Below are positions 52,988 through 63,410 of a DNA stretch of 64,000 nt, in pieces. A program made the position numbers and the translations under genes. Source of the stretch: Gemmatimonadales bacterium (GTDB lineage: Bacteria; Gemmatimonadota; Gemmatimonadetes; Gemmatimonadales; GWC2-71-9); the NCBI GenBank assembly GCA_038321865.1, contig JBBQFH010000001.1:96001-160000 (forward strand), written 5' to 3'. Numbering within the stretch: position 1 is the stretch's first letter; each line of letters begins with the position of its first letter. The notes beneath the pieces are model-generated. The model searched no databases. It was not told the DNA's origin and saw nothing but the letters and a program-made list of their open reading frames with translations.

Positions 52988-55071
52988 CCGCCAACTGCGA
53001 AGTGCGCGGCGATCGACTGCAGGTGCGCCGCCAGGGCGCTCAGCTCGCGGATGGCGTGCTCGAGGTCGCCCTGCCCGCGCGCCGCCTCCTCTGCCTGCGC
53101 TGCCAGGAGCGAGGTGTCCGCACCCATGCGTTTCGACACGTCGGCGACACGCGTGATCCGCTCGCTGAGCATCTCGAAGGCGAACTCCTGCGTCGCCGCC
53201 ATCTGGGCGATGCTTCGGGCGTGCGTACCGGCTTCCTCGGTCGCCTGCACGATGGCGTCGAACGCGCCGGCGGCGGCACCGCTGAGCTCCTCGACGCCCG
53301 CGACCGCGTCCTGCCCCAGGCGCATCTGCTGCGACACGCTGGTCACCTGGGATGTCACGTCGGCGACGAGCCCGCCGGCCTGACGGGCGGCGGCCAGGCT
53401 TTGGGTGGCCAGCTGGCGCACTTCCTCCGCCACGACCGCGAATCCCCGCCCTTCCTTCCCGGCGCGGGCCGCCTCGATCGCGGCGTTCAAGGCGATCAGG
53501 CTGGTGAGGTCCGCGATCTCGCGAATCGAGCCGATGAACCCGGTGACCCGCCGCGTCACATCGCCAAGCGCTTCGACCTGCCGCGAGCTTTCAGCCACGA
53601 AGCGCTTGAGCTCGACCAGCCGGCCGATGGCGTCCGCCACCACGGCGCGGTTGTGACTGGCCGTCTGGGTGGCCTGGGCGCTCGCGGCGGCGGCCTTGGA
53701 GCCCTGCGCGGCCATGTCGATCGACACCATGACCAGCGTGGTCGTCGCCTCGAGGCCGTCCGCCACGAAGGACTCCTGTTCCTTGACGCTGCTGCTCACG
53801 CCGCGCGACGCCTGCGTGAGCGCCGCCGCCGATGCCCGCAACGACTCGGCCGCGCTGGCGAGGGCCGCCACCTGGCGCCCGATCTGGTCCACCGTGCCCG
53901 CGAGCGGGCGCCGCAGTTCGGCGATATGGATCGCCGTCGCGATCTGCGTGGCGAGCGTGCCCAGCGCGGAGACGTCCTTCGCGCCGTAGGTGTTGCGCTT
54001 GAAGTGGTCGATCTCGACGGTCCCGAGGTAATCGTCGCCGAACCGGAGCGGATGAATGATGAGGCTTCGCACGGCATCCTCCTGCTGCGTCATCCGCGCA
54101 TCGTGCACCGTGCTCGGCACCAGCACGGGCCGTCCGGTCGAGAATGCATCGGCCCGGAGCATCTCGAGGTACGGCGGCGGCTCGCCACGGCCGGGGCGGC
54201 CCTCCCGGCTCCGGAAGACCAGCGCCGAGCGGCCGGCGGGGTCGCGCCGATAAATTCTGAAGTCGCCCCAGTCGAGCAACCGATAGCCCAGCCGCTCGAC
54301 CTGCTCCAGCGAGCCTTCGAGCGTCTCGTTGCTCGCGATCGCCACCTCCATCTGATGCACCTTGTTCAGATCCTCCGCCGCAATCGCGCCCTCCAGGATG
54401 GTCCGGGCCAGCAGTCCGAGCACGGCCAGCACCAGGGCCACCGTCACCCAGCCAACCGGCGCGAGCGAGCGCAAGGCGCCCACGATAACCAGCGTGCCGA
54501 TGAGCGTGACGAGGTAGGATACGACTTCCCACCGGAGGATCAGCAGCTGCTCGGCACCTTCGAGCTTGCTGCGCAGGACCAGCGTGAAATAAAACATCCC
54601 GCGGCTGACCGCGAAGTAGACCGCGACCAGGGTGAACGCCGCCGGCAGAAAGTCCAGTGACAGCACCGGATTGCCCGTCAGCCGGAGCACCAGCGCGTAT
54701 ACCCCGAACGAGGCGACGAACGCGATGACCTCGCGGCCGGCGTTGACCAGCGCGGCGGTCGGCGCCTTCCGGAGCCAGAGGGCATCGCACAGCGGCACCC
54801 CCAGCACCAGGGCCAGCACGACGGGCGTCGGGCCGACGCTGATCGCGCCGGCCAGCGCCGGAATGCCGGTCTGCGTCAGATACGAATACTTGCTCAGCCG
54901 GATCGGCGCTCCGCGGAGCAGCACGACGGCGGCAAACAGGGCGAGGCAGGCGATCGGCTGGTGAAGCCACCGCGTGTCGGCTGCCAGCGCGACGGCCCCG
55001 AGCAGCAAGCCGGCGATGCGGACGGTTTGCGCGTACGTCGCGAGCAGCGGCGCTACGCGCACCCGCGTCAC
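52984..55071 (-). CDS. Methyl-accepting chemotaxis protein with multi-TM N-terminus and GAF domain
   Basis: About 7 TM; GAF-like ([13 protein letters not shown]); [35 protein letters not shown]. Confidence 0.92.
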   Translation of the reverse strand: MTRVRVAPLLATYAQTVRIAGLLLGAVALAADTRWLHQPIACLALFAAVVLLRGAPIRLSKYSYLTQTGIPALAGAISVGPTPVVLALVLGVPLCDALWLRKAPTAALVNAGREVIAFVASFGVYALVLRLTGNPVLSLDFLPAAFTLVAVYFAVSRGMFYFTLVLRSKLEGAEQLLILRWEVVSYLVTLIGTLVIVGALRSLAPVGWVTVALVLAVLGLLARTILEGAIAAEDLNKVHQMEVAIASNETLEGSLEQVERLGYRLLDWGDFRIYRRDPAGRSALVFRSREGRPGRGEPPPYLEMLRADAFSTGRPVLVPSTVHDARMTQQEDAVRSLIIHPLRFGDDYLGTVEIDHFKRNTYGAKDVSALGTLATQIATAIHIAELRRPLAGTVDQIGRQVAALASAAESLRASAAALTQASRGVSSSVKEQESFVADGLEATTTLVMVSIDMAAQGSKAAAASAQATQTASHNRAVVADAIGRLVELKRFVAESSRQVEALGDVTRRVTGFIGSIREIADLTSLIALNAAIEAARAGKEGRGFAVVAEEVRQLATQSLAAARQAGGLVADVTSQVTSVSQQMRLGQDAVAGVEELSGAAAGAFDAIVQATEEAGTHARSIAQMAATQEFAFEMLSERITRVADVSKRMGADTSLLAAQAEEAARGQGDLEHAIRELSALAAHLQSIAAHFAVGG

Positions 55072-55865
55072 GGCCGCTCCTGCAATGCGGCGCGCATCGC
55101 CGAGAGGAGCTCCCTGGCCCCCTCGGCACCGGTGCGGCGAAGGGCGTCCACCAGGGCGCTGCCGACGACCACGCCGTCCGCGATCTCACCAGCCGCGGCG
55201 GCCTGGGCCGGCGTCGAAATGCCGAACCCGACCGCCACCGGCAGCGTGCTCGCGGCCCGGACGCGCGCCACGGCGGCCGGAAGCTGGTCGGACAGGCTGG
55301 CGCTGACGCCGGTCACCCCCAGGCGGGCAATCAGATAGACAAAGCCCCTCGCGTCCGCCAGCGACTGCTCGAGACGCGCCTGCGTGGTGGTCGGGGCCAC
55401 GACTCGAATCAGGGCGATCGGGCTCGCGGCGATAGCGGCCTCGATCGCCGCGTCGGCGCCCGCCGGCATATCGGTCAGCAGCAGTCCGGCCACGCCGAGG
55501 CCGTCGGCCTCGTCCAGGAAGCGGCTCACGCCGTACCGCAGGATCGGATTGAGATAGCTGAACACGACGACCGGCCGGCGCACGCGGGCCTGCCGGATGA
55601 GTCCGAGGGTCGCGGCCAGCGTCATCCCGCCGGCGAGGGCATCAAACGTGGAACGCTGAATCGTCGGGCCGTCAGCGACTGGATCGCTGAAGGGCACGCC
55701 GACCTCGATGATGTCGCCGAACTCGTCAGCCAGCCGGAGGGCGGCAACACTCCCAGCGAGATCGGGAAAGCCGGCGGTCAGGTAGGGGATCAGGGCGGCA
55801 CGGCGCTCGGACCGCACCGCGGCCCAGGCGCCGGCCAGTCCCTCGCTAGACAAAGTAGTCGCCAA
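55068..55865 (-). CDS. trpA: Tryptophan synthase alpha chain
   Basis: [43 protein letters not shown]. Confidence 0.97.
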   Translation of the reverse strand: MATTLSSEGLAGAWAAVRSERRAALIPYLTAGFPDLAGSVAALRLADEFGDIIEVGVPFSDPVADGPTIQRSTFDALAGGMTLAATLGLIRQARVRRPVVVFSYLNPILRYGVSRFLDEADGLGVAGLLLTDMPAGADAAIEAAIAASPIALIRVVAPTTTQARLEQSLADARGFVYLIARLGVTGVSASLSDQLPAAVARVRAASTLPVAVGFGISTPAQAAAAGEIADGVVVGSALVDALRRTGAEGARELLSAMRAALQERP

Positions 55866-57291
55866 CCGTCAGTCCGTAGCGGGCGGGATTGGTGACCTTG
55901 ACGATGGAGCGCGCGAAGCCGCCAGACGGGTCGACTTCGCTGAGGTTGGCGGCACGGCCGGGGGGAGCCACGATGCCGCCATCGACATCGATGACGATCC
56001 GGACCAGCGGCCGGTTGAGCTGCTGGGCATCCGGATTCATGCCGGCCACGACCGCCACCTCGAGGGTATCGAGGATCACGCAGGTACCGACGGGGTAAAT
56101 GCCGATCAGGTTGATCAGCGCCTTCACCAGAACCACATCGTAGCCCCGCTTCGGATTCTGCCACATTTCGCGCAGGACCTCGTCGGGCTCGATCGGGATC
56201 GTCTGGTAGCTGCGCCGGGTGGTGGCCGCGTCGAAGCCATCGGCGACGGCCACGATCCGGGAAAACAGCCCGAGCTGCCTCGGGCGCACCGGCGTCGGAT
56301 ACCCGGTGAGGTCCGTCTTCATGTGGTGTTCGTGCGCCACGAGTATCGACCGGTAGGGGATCTCGTCGTAGCCACGCAGGTTGAAGAGCGTAAGCGCGCC
56401 GAACCACGGATGCGCCTGCATGACGCGCCACTCCACGTCGTCCAGCCCACTCGTCTTGTTGAGAATGTCGAGCGGGATGCGCGCCTTGCCGATGTCGTGC
56501 ATGAGCGCCGTCATGCCGAGGTCGTACAGCTGCACCTTGGAAAACCCGAGCTTTTTCCCCAGCGCGACGGCGAAGATGCACACGTTCACCGAGTGGGTGA
56601 ACGTGTACTCATCGTATCCGCGGAGGGTCGTAAGCCCCATCAACGACGTCTCGTTGTTGAGCACCTGGTCCACGATCATCTGCACCGCGCGCTTCACCTT
56701 CTTGACGCTGGTCGTCCGTCCCAGCCGGATGCCGGTCACCACTTCCTTGGCGACTGCGACACCCTGCGAGTAGGTCCGCTTGGCCACCTCACGGGCCCGC
56801 TCATCGCTCGCCTCCGGGAGGGGCTGGGCCCGCAGCACGTCGAGGTGGGTGATGGCCGCCTGGTGCATCCGCTGGGCGAGCTCCTCGAACGCGTCCGCCA
56901 CTGGGCGCCCCGCCAGCGCGAGCATGATGCTGAGAAAGCCCTGCCACTCCCGCCGTTCGACCCCCGCACGGATCTGCAGCACGCCGACATCGAACGATCG
57001 GAGCAGTGTGAGGATGTGGCTGAATGAGGCGTAGTTGTCGAGCTCGAGGCGAAGTCGGGTCGAGTTGACGAAGATGAAGTCACCCGCCAGCCGCAGCTCG
57101 ACGTCCGGATCCGTCGCATGAAGCGCGCGGGTGGACTCGTCCAGATCGTCCAGCGCGCGCTGGACGGTCGCGTTCTCCAGCGGATACAGCTTGAGGCTGC
57201 GAAGCGCCGTGTAGAGCGTCAGCAGGAGCGCCCGGCCCTGCTGCCGAAGCCGACCCTCCTGGCCGCCAGACTCGGGCTGCGGGGCGGTCAC
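55846..57291 (-). CDS. HD-GYP domain cyclic-dinucleotide phosphodiesterase
   Basis: YTFTHSVNV, MHDIGK, HEHH..TGYP, VAVADGFDA..RRSY, GIYPVG. Confidence 0.92.
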   Translation of the reverse strand: MTAPQPESGGQEGRLRQQGRALLLTLYTALRSLKLYPLENATVQRALDDLDESTRALHATDPDVELRLAGDFIFVNSTRLRLELDNYASFSHILTLLRSFDVGVLQIRAGVERREWQGFLSIMLALAGRPVADAFEELAQRMHQAAITHLDVLRAQPLPEASDERAREVAKRTYSQGVAVAKEVVTGIRLGRTTSVKKVKRAVQMIVDQVLNNETSLMGLTTLRGYDEYTFTHSVNVCIFAVALGKKLGFSKVQLYDLGMTALMHDIGKARIPLDILNKTSGLDDVEWRVMQAHPWFGALTLFNLRGYDEIPYRSILVAHEHHMKTDLTGYPTPVRPRQLGLFSRIVAVADGFDAATTRRSYQTIPIEPDEVLREMWQNPKRGYDVVLVKALINLIGIYPVGTCVILDTLEVAVVAGMNPDAQQLNRPLVRIVIDVDGGIVAPPGRAANLSEVDPSGGFARSIVKVTNPARYGLTVGDYFV

Positions 57292-58961
57292 GTCGCGCTC
57301 TCGCGCAGCGCGCGACTGACGGCGTTGCGGACGACGAGGTCTTTGTCGGCGGCGGCGCGCTCCAGCACCTCGCGCGCCTCGCGGGTCCGCACCCGCCCCA
57401 GCGCCATTGCCGCGCAGGCCCGGATTTCAGACGTTTCCTTGCCACGGAGCAGCCCCCGGGGCGCCAGCATCGCCTCCAGCACCTTGAGCGCGCTTGCGCC
57501 GCCGATGGCGCCGTAGGCCTCGAAGAACGCCATCTTTTCACTGAGATCCATGGCCCGGATCGCCTTGCCCTGCACGATGGAATCGATCCGGCGCAGGGAA
57601 TTTCGATAGCCGCGCGCGGCGAGGGTCTTCACGGCGGCGACACGCACGGCCCGATCGGCATCGTCGAGTGCGCGCTCGAGATGGGCCATGGCACCTGGAG
57701 TTCCCACCGCCGCGAGCGCATCCACCACGCCCAGCCGCAGGGCGGAATCGGCATGGGCCAGCAGCTCGCCGAGTCCGGGGACCGACGGCTGCAGCTGGAG
57801 ACGGCCGCAGACCGCGATGATCGCCGGCAGCGCCGCCGAATCCGGCGTCCGCAGCATCCGGAGCACTTCCCCGCCGTTGCTCATGGCGAGCCGGTCCGCG
57901 GCTGATTCGAGCATCCCCCGCACGTGAGCCGAGCTCAGCTGGGGGATCCAGATGAGAATTGTCTCCAGCGCCGCCGGCCGGAGCTCGCGGAGCACTTCCG
58001 CCACATCGGCATCGCCCGGGTGGGTCGCGGCCTCATCGAGCGACTGCACCAGCTGGCTCACGATCGCGGGTTCGCTCAGCTGCACCTCGAACGATTCGAG
58101 CCGTGCGCTGTGCGCCGGGTCGACATGCTCCCCCCGCTGCGTCAGCAGCCGCGCTTCGCGGAGGATCACCGCCACGGTGCGGAACTCGCCGGCATTCAGC
58201 AGGCTGGGAAACAACTGGTCGAGAATCGTCAGGATTTCGGCGCGCACGTCGGCGGCAGCCTGCTGCTCGAACAGGTCGAACAGCGCCGCGAGCGCGCTGG
58301 CCCGCACATCCCGCGCATACTCCTCCTGGACCTCGCGGACAACGTAGGCAATTTCCGCCTCGTCGAGGAAGTAGAGCGTTGAATCGAATTCCTCGAGATC
58401 GACGATGCCGCCCGGCTTGGGCGGCGTCTCCTCGGCCACCTGCGCCTGGCGGTCCGCCGCGGAGGTCTGGTCGACCTCCTGGCCCTGCCGCTCCGGAATC
58501 GGGGCGTCCCCATATGCCTCGGCGAACTGATAGCTGATGTACTGGAATTCCTCGGCCCAGATCAGCGTGAGCAGGTCGTCGGACGCGTCGGCGGGGAGGA
58601 AGCGCGCTTTCGTCACCACCTCGAGAAAGCGGCCGATCTCCTCCACCTCGACCCCGCGCCGCAGCGTCAGCACCCGGAGGCCGTCCTTGTACATGGCCCA
58701 CGCGAAGCTCTCGGACTTGCTGAGCTGCTGGTACACGACCTGGTCTTCCCAGACCAGATCGGTTTCCACGACCTGGAGCTCGAGCACATCGGTGGCGGCC
58801 CACACCGGCCCGAACGCCGCGGACACCTGCGCCACGGCGCGCTGGTATATCGGGTTGTTCGGCAGATACATCTGGAAGGCACGCATCGCCTTCATCAGGC
58901 TCGTCAACAGCTCCGAGACCTGGGAAGCGGGAAGCACGATTCCGTCGCCGGACACCGTCAC
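57288..58961 (-). CDS. HEAT-repeat protein
   Basis: Repeated L..AL.D.D..VR..A..AL units in the C-terminal half; GTGA overlap with the trpB stop. Confidence 0.85.
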   Translation of the reverse strand: MTVSGDGIVLPASQVSELLTSLMKAMRAFQMYLPNNPIYQRAVAQVSAAFGPVWAATDVLELQVVETDLVWEDQVVYQQLSKSESFAWAMYKDGLRVLTLRRGVEVEEIGRFLEVVTKARFLPADASDDLLTLIWAEEFQYISYQFAEAYGDAPIPERQGQEVDQTSAADRQAQVAEETPPKPGGIVDLEEFDSTLYFLDEAEIAYVVREVQEEYARDVRASALAALFDLFEQQAAADVRAEILTILDQLFPSLLNAGEFRTVAVILREARLLTQRGEHVDPAHSARLESFEVQLSEPAIVSQLVQSLDEAATHPGDADVAEVLRELRPAALETILIWIPQLSSAHVRGMLESAADRLAMSNGGEVLRMLRTPDSAALPAIIAVCGRLQLQPSVPGLGELLAHADSALRLGVVDALAAVGTPGAMAHLERALDDADRAVRVAAVKTLAARGYRNSLRRIDSIVQGKAIRAMDLSEKMAFFEAYGAIGGASALKVLEAMLAPRGLLRGKETSEIRACAAMALGRVRTREAREVLERAAADKDLVVRNAVSRALRESAT

Positions 58962-60154
58962 ACGGAGGCTCCGAGCAACGCGGCCACATGCGCCACATCC
59001 TTGTCTCCCCGGCCGCTGAGGCAGACCAACGCCAGGTCGCCTGGATCGGCACCGGGCTGGCTCAGCCAGGCGAGGGCGTGAGCCGTTTCCAGCGCCGGGA
59101 TGATCCCCTCGGTCCGGCACAGTAGCTGGAACCCGTCCAGTGCCTCGCGATCGGTTGCCGACCCGTAGCGCACGCGACCGGACTCACGCAGGAAGCTGTG
59201 CTCGGGGCCGACCCCCGGGTAATCCAGCCCGGCGGAAATGGAGTGAGCTTCCTGCACCTGGCCATCGCTGTCCTGCAGCAGGTAGCTCAGGCTGCCGTGC
59301 AGCACCCCCGGCACCCCGCGCTGCAGCGTGGCGCTATGGTGACCGGTGCCGAGTCCTTCGCCCGCCGCTTCGACACCCACGAGTCCCACCTCCGGGTCAT
59401 CCAGAAATCCCGCGAAGATGCCCATCGCGTTGGAGCCACCACCCAAGCAGGCCACGACCGAGCTCGGCAGCCGGCCGAAGCGCGCCAACATCTGCTCCCG
59501 CGCTTCTCGGCCGATGATCGACTGGAAATCCCGCACCATGCGCGGAAAAGGGTCCGGCCCGACCACGGAGCCGATGATGTAGTGCGTGGTGGGTACGTTG
59601 GTGACCCAGTCGCGGAGGGCCTCGTTGGTCGCGTCCTTGAGCGTCCGCGTTCCCGATTCGACCGGGACCACGGTCGCCCCGAGCAGCTGCATCCGATAGA
59701 CGTTGAGCCGCTGCCGGCTGATGTCATCGCTGCCCATGTACACCGTGCAGTCGAGCCCGAACCGCGCACACACCGTCGCCGTGGCGACCCCGTGCTGACC
59801 CGCGCCGGTCTCGGCGATGATGCGCCGCTTCCCCATCCGCCGGGCCAGAAGCGCCTGGCCGACGGTGTTATTGATCTTGTGCGCGCCGGTGTGATTGAGA
59901 TCCTCGCGCTTCAGCAGCACCCGCGTGCCGACCGCGGCACCGAACCGCGCCGCCTCGGTGATCGGCGTGGGCCTCCCGACAAACTCGGCCAGCAACGCCT
60001 CGCATTCCTCCCAGAAGCCGGCATCGACGCGAACCGCGTCATACAGCAGCGCGAGCTGGTCCAGCGCCGCCACGAGCGTCTCGGGGACATAGCGCCCGCC
60101 GAACGGCCCGAAGCGTCCGCCGACCGCCGTTTCGGGACGGAGCGTCGTGATCAA
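58958..60154 (-). CDS. trpB: Tryptophan synthase beta chain
   Basis: [45 protein letters not shown]. Confidence 0.98.
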   Translation of the reverse strand: MITTLRPETAVGGRFGPFGGRYVPETLVAALDQLALLYDAVRVDAGFWEECEALLAEFVGRPTPITEAARFGAAVGTRVLLKREDLNHTGAHKINNTVGQALLARRMGKRRIIAETGAGQHGVATATVCARFGLDCTVYMGSDDISRQRLNVYRMQLLGATVVPVESGTRTLKDATNEALRDWVTNVPTTHYIIGSVVGPDPFPRMVRDFQSIIGREAREQMLARFGRLPSSVVACLGGGSNAMGIFAGFLDDPEVGLVGVEAAGEGLGTGHHSATLQRGVPGVLHGSLSYLLQDSDGQVQEAHSISAGLDYPGVGPEHSFLRESGRVRYGSATDREALDGFQLLCRTEGIIPALETAHALAWLSQPGADPGDLALVCLSGRGDKDVAHVAALLGASV

Positions 60155-60777
60155 GCGATCGCCTCCAGGAATCGGACGACCCGGGCCGGATCCTTGACTC
60201 CGGCGCGGAATTCGACGCCGGAACTTACATCGACGACCTCCGGTCGAACGAGGGCTGCCGCCGCCCGAACCGAGTCGGGCTCGAGTCCGCCCGCGAGCAC
60301 CATTCGCCTGCCTGCGAGCAATCGGCGGGCCTCGAGCGCCAGCTCCAGTGCCAGTGGCACGCCGGCTCCGCCCTCGGCGTAGCCCACCCGCGCCTCAACC
60401 AGGACCGCATCGGCGCCCTCGGCGGCCTCGGGCAGCATCCGGAGGTCTGCGGCGTCCGCTACACGGACTACGCGCCACACGATCAGCCCTTCACGGGCGA
60501 GAGCTCTGGCATCCGCTACACGGTAGCGCCCATGCAGCTGCGCTCCGCGAAGACCCGCCTCGTCCCTCACCCGCAGGATCGTGGAGGTGGGCTGGGCGCC
60601 GAACACGCCGAACACGGGAACTGATCCTGCGGCCTGGACGATCCCGCGAGCGGCCGATGCGTCGACCAGCCGGGGTCCGCTGGCGAAGACGACGCCCAGA
60701 TACGACGCGCCCGCCGTCACCGCAGCGGCAGCGTCGGCGGCCCGAGTCAGGCCGCAAATCTTCACTTCAACGGCCAT
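60151..60777 (-). CDS. trpF: Phosphoribosylanthranilate isomerase
   Basis: VKICGL, QLHG, LAGGL, DVSSGVE..KD. Confidence 0.95.
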   Translation of the reverse strand: MAVEVKICGLTRAADAAAAVTAGASYLGVVFASGPRLVDASAARGIVQAAGSVPVFGVFGAQPTSTILRVRDEAGLRGAQLHGRYRVADARALAREGLIVWRVVRVADAADLRMLPEAAEGADAVLVEARVGYAEGGAGVPLALELALEARRLLAGRRMVLAGGLEPDSVRAAAALVRPEVVDVSSGVEFRAGVKDPARVVRFLEAIA

Positions 60778-61552
60778 GTCGTGGCACGGTGGCGAGCTGC
60801 TGCAGCAGGGGCGCGGGGTCAGCCAGCGCGCTCAGAGCTCCGCCGATGAGCACGGCATCCGCGCCCGCATCGGCGGCCCGGGCAACGTCCGCGCGCGTCG
60901 CCATCCCGCTCTCCGCCACGGCGAGCCGCTCCGAAGGGATCGTGCTCAGCAAGCGCCAGGCCGCAGGCGTGTCCACGGCGAACGTATCGAGATTCCGGCT
61001 GTTGACACCGATTATCGCGGCACCGACCTCGAGCGCACGCCCCAGCTCCGTTGCATCGTGCACTTCTACGAGCACATCGAGACCCACCCGCTCCGCCTCC
61101 CGGCTGAGGGCGCGCAGCCGCTCGTCGGAGAGCGCACGCACGATCAGCAGCACGGCTGATGCCCCGGCAATTCGCGCTTCAAGCAGCTGCTCCTCGAACA
61201 GGACAAAGTCCTTCCGGAGCAGCGGGATCGCCACCCGGTCCGCGACGGCCCGCAAATCGGCGAGCGAGCCGCCGAAGAACGGACCGTCGGTGAGGACCGA
61301 AATCGCAGCCGCGCCGTGCGCCGCGTACCGGGCGGCGTGCGCCACGGGGTCGAGTCCGGGCTGAATCTCGCCGCGGGACGGCGAGCGCCGCTTCACTTCC
61401 GCCACGACGGCGACTGGCCCGGCGCGCAGCGCCTGGGCGAATGAACGGCCGTGCGGCGCTGCAGATGCCGCCCGCTCCAGTTCGCCACGGCGTGCTCGGA
61501 GCCCGGCTTCCCGCCCCCGCGTTGCCTCCAGAATCGTCTCGAGTGTCGACAC
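60767..61552 (-). CDS. trpC: Indole-3-glycerol phosphate synthase
   Basis: AEVKRRSPS, ISVLTD, LLRKDF, LVEVH, GVNSRNL, ESG. Confidence 0.97.
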   Translation of the reverse strand: MSTLETILEATRGREAGLRARRGELERAASAAPHGRSFAQALRAGPVAVVAEVKRRSPSRGEIQPGLDPVAHAARYAAHGAAAISVLTDGPFFGGSLADLRAVADRVAIPLLRKDFVLFEEQLLEARIAGASAVLLIVRALSDERLRALSREAERVGLDVLVEVHDATELGRALEVGAAIIGVNSRNLDTFAVDTPAAWRLLSTIPSERLAVAESGMATRADVARAADAGADAVLIGGALSALADPAPLLQQLATVPRHGR

Positions 61553-61599
61553 TTGCCCTTCGGTCGCCTTTCGGGTATCGTAGTTCGGGCTCTATTCGG
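61553..61599 (+). promoter_or_regulatory. lexA promoter with candidate LexA operators
   Basis: TTGCCC-N17-TATCGT; TTCGG at 61559, 61570, 61584 and 61595. Confidence 0.65.
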
Positions 61600-61623
61600 T
61601 CACATGCAGCAGGAGAATAACGG

Positions 61624-62232
61624 ATGCCCCTGACCAAGCGGCAAAGCGAGATTCTGGCGTATCTCCAGACGCATATCAGCGGGCAGGGCTACGCGCCCAG
61701 CTTCGAGGAGATCGCGGAGCAGTTCGGGTTCCAGTCGCTCGCCACCGTCCACGAGCACCTGACGAACCTCGAGCGGAAGGGCTACATCCGCCGCTCGTAC
61801 AACGAGAGCCGCTCCATCGAGGTGCTCCCGCCGCGCGGCACCAGCTCGGCGACGGAGATTCCGCTGCTTGGCAAAGTGGCCGCCGGCATGCCGATCGAAT
61901 CATTGATGCATCAGGAGATGCTGGCCGTCCCCGAGGCGATGCTACCGCGGCGCGGCCCCAACTTCGCCCTCCAGGTGCAAGGATCGTCGATGATCGACGA
62001 GCACATCATCGACGGCGATTTCGTGGTGGTGCATGGCAAACAGTCCGCCGAGAACGGCGAAATGGTCATCGCCCTGGTCAACGGGGCCGAGGCAACGGTG
62101 AAGAAGTTTTATCGCGAGGCCGGCGGATGGATCCGCCTCCAGCCCGCGAACGCGACGATGCAGCCGATGCGGTATCAGGAACGCGACGTGCTCATCCAGG
62201 GCATCGTCGTCGGCGTCATCCGCAAATACTGA
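61624..62232 (+). CDS. lexA: SOS repressor LexA
   Basis: LTKRQ..PSFEEI..HL..LERKG HTH; VAAG cleavage site; GSSM (Ser) and TVKK (Lys); AGGAGA SD. Confidence 0.97.
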   Translation: MPLTKRQSEILAYLQTHISGQGYAPSFEEIAEQFGFQSLATVHEHLTNLERKGYIRRSYNESRSIEVLPPRGTSSATEIPLLGKVAAGMPIESLMHQEMLAVPEAMLPRRGPNFALQVQGSSMIDEHIIDGDFVVVHGKQSAENGEMVIALVNGAEATVKKFYREAGGWIRLQPANATMQPMRYQERDVLIQGIVVGVIRKY

Positions 62233-62233
62233 G

Positions 62234-63268
62234 TCAGCCCCCGGGCATGGCCGCGCGGAGTCTCTCCAGCGCGGCCATCGCCGCCCCCCCTTCAATCGCC
62301 CCGACCGCCCTCGCCACCGCTTCTTCAAAATCGCACACCAATCCGGAAACGTGAATTGCGGCGGCCGCATTCAGCAGCACCGCCGCCCGTTCAGCCTGGG
62401 TGCCATTGCCGGCCAGCACCGCCCTGATGCGACCTGCGTTTTCGGCCGGATCGCCGCCGGCAAGTGTCGAGATGTCGTCGACGCCAAGCCCATGATCCGC
62501 GGGGTCTATTGCCCACTCCCGCACCATGCCGCTCCGCACTTCCCAGACCCGCGTCCTGCCGGATGGACTGACCTCGTCCATCCCGACCACCGCATGCACG
62601 ACGACCGCGTGAACCGCGCCGAGCCGGGCGAGTGCGCCGGCCATGAGCGGGCCTCGGCGCTCGTCGGCCACGCCCACCACCTGCCGGCGCGCGCCGGCCG
62701 GATTCACCAGGGGTCCGAGCATGTTCATGACGGTCGGCACGCCGAGTTCGCGCCGGGTCGGACCGACATGGCGCATGGCCGGGTGATAGGTCGGAGCAAA
62801 AAGAAAAACCAGGCCGCTGGTGGCCAGCACCGTCGCCGCCCGATCCGGCCCCATGCCGATCTCGATGCCGAGCGCCTCGAGCACGTCGGCCGAGCCGGAG
62901 CGTGAGCTGTAGCTGCGATTCCCGTGCTTGGCGACCCGGACACCCGCGCCAGCCGCCACGAACGCCGCGGCGGTGGAGAGGTTGAGTGTGGTCACCCGAC
63001 CGCCGCCGGTGCCGCAGGTATCGACCAGCGAATCGGGATCGTCGGCCTCCACATGGATCATCGCCTGGCGCAACGCGGCGGCCGCGCCCGCGATCTCGTC
63101 CACCGTCTCGCCGCGGGCACGGAGCCCGAAGAGAAGCGCCGCCGTCTGGACCGCCGACGCCTCGCCCCGCATGAGCGCGCCGAATGCCCCCGCCGCCTCG
63201 TCGAAGGTGAGCGCTTCGCCGTCGGCGACACGTTGGATGGCGTGCCGAAGCGTGGCGTCGTCGGTCAC
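62234..63268 (-). CDS. trpD: Anthranilate phosphoribosyltransferase
   Basis: DTCGTGG, NLST, AKHGNRSYSSRSGSADVLE, GMDEV, LNAA. GTG start inferred. Confidence 0.96.
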   Translation of the reverse strand: MTDDATLRHAIQRVADGEALTFDEAAGAFGALMRGEASAVQTAALLFGLRARGETVDEIAGAAAALRQAMIHVEADDPDSLVDTCGTGGGRVTTLNLSTAAAFVAAGAGVRVAKHGNRSYSSRSGSADVLEALGIEIGMGPDRAATVLATSGLVFLFAPTYHPAMRHVGPTRRELGVPTVMNMLGPLVNPAGARRQVVGVADERRGPLMAGALARLGAVHAVVVHAVVGMDEVSPSGRTRVWEVRSGMVREWAIDPADHGLGVDDISTLAGGDPAENAGRIRAVLAGNGTQAERAAVLLNAAAAIHVSGLVCDFEEAVARAVGAIEGGAAMAALERLRAAMPGG

Positions 63269-63321
63269 GAGGGAGGGGTCACGGATTTTCGGTAGTGAGG
63301 AAGCGGTTACCAACGCCGCGA

Positions 63322-63351
63322 ACGGTACATGCCGACACGCGCTTTTGTCAA
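63322..63351 (-). promoter_or_regulatory. sigma70 promoter of trpD
   Basis: TTGACA-N18-TACCGT. Confidence 0.6.
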
Positions 63352-63373
63352 TCACGACAAGCATTTGCGTGCC

Positions 63374-63402
63374 TTGAATGCGCCCCGTACCCGAGCTAGA
63401 TT
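63374..63402 (+). promoter_or_regulatory. sigma70 promoter of truA (probably leaderless)
   Basis: TTGAAT-N17-TAGATT, 8 nt before the ATG, no SD. Confidence 0.6.
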
Positions 63403-63410
63403 TCCCGTCG

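Noticed and set aside
63269..63320. trp attenuator or T-box upstream of trpD
   Set aside because: Predicted leader is only ~45 nt, with no Trp-rich peptide and no terminator hairpin.
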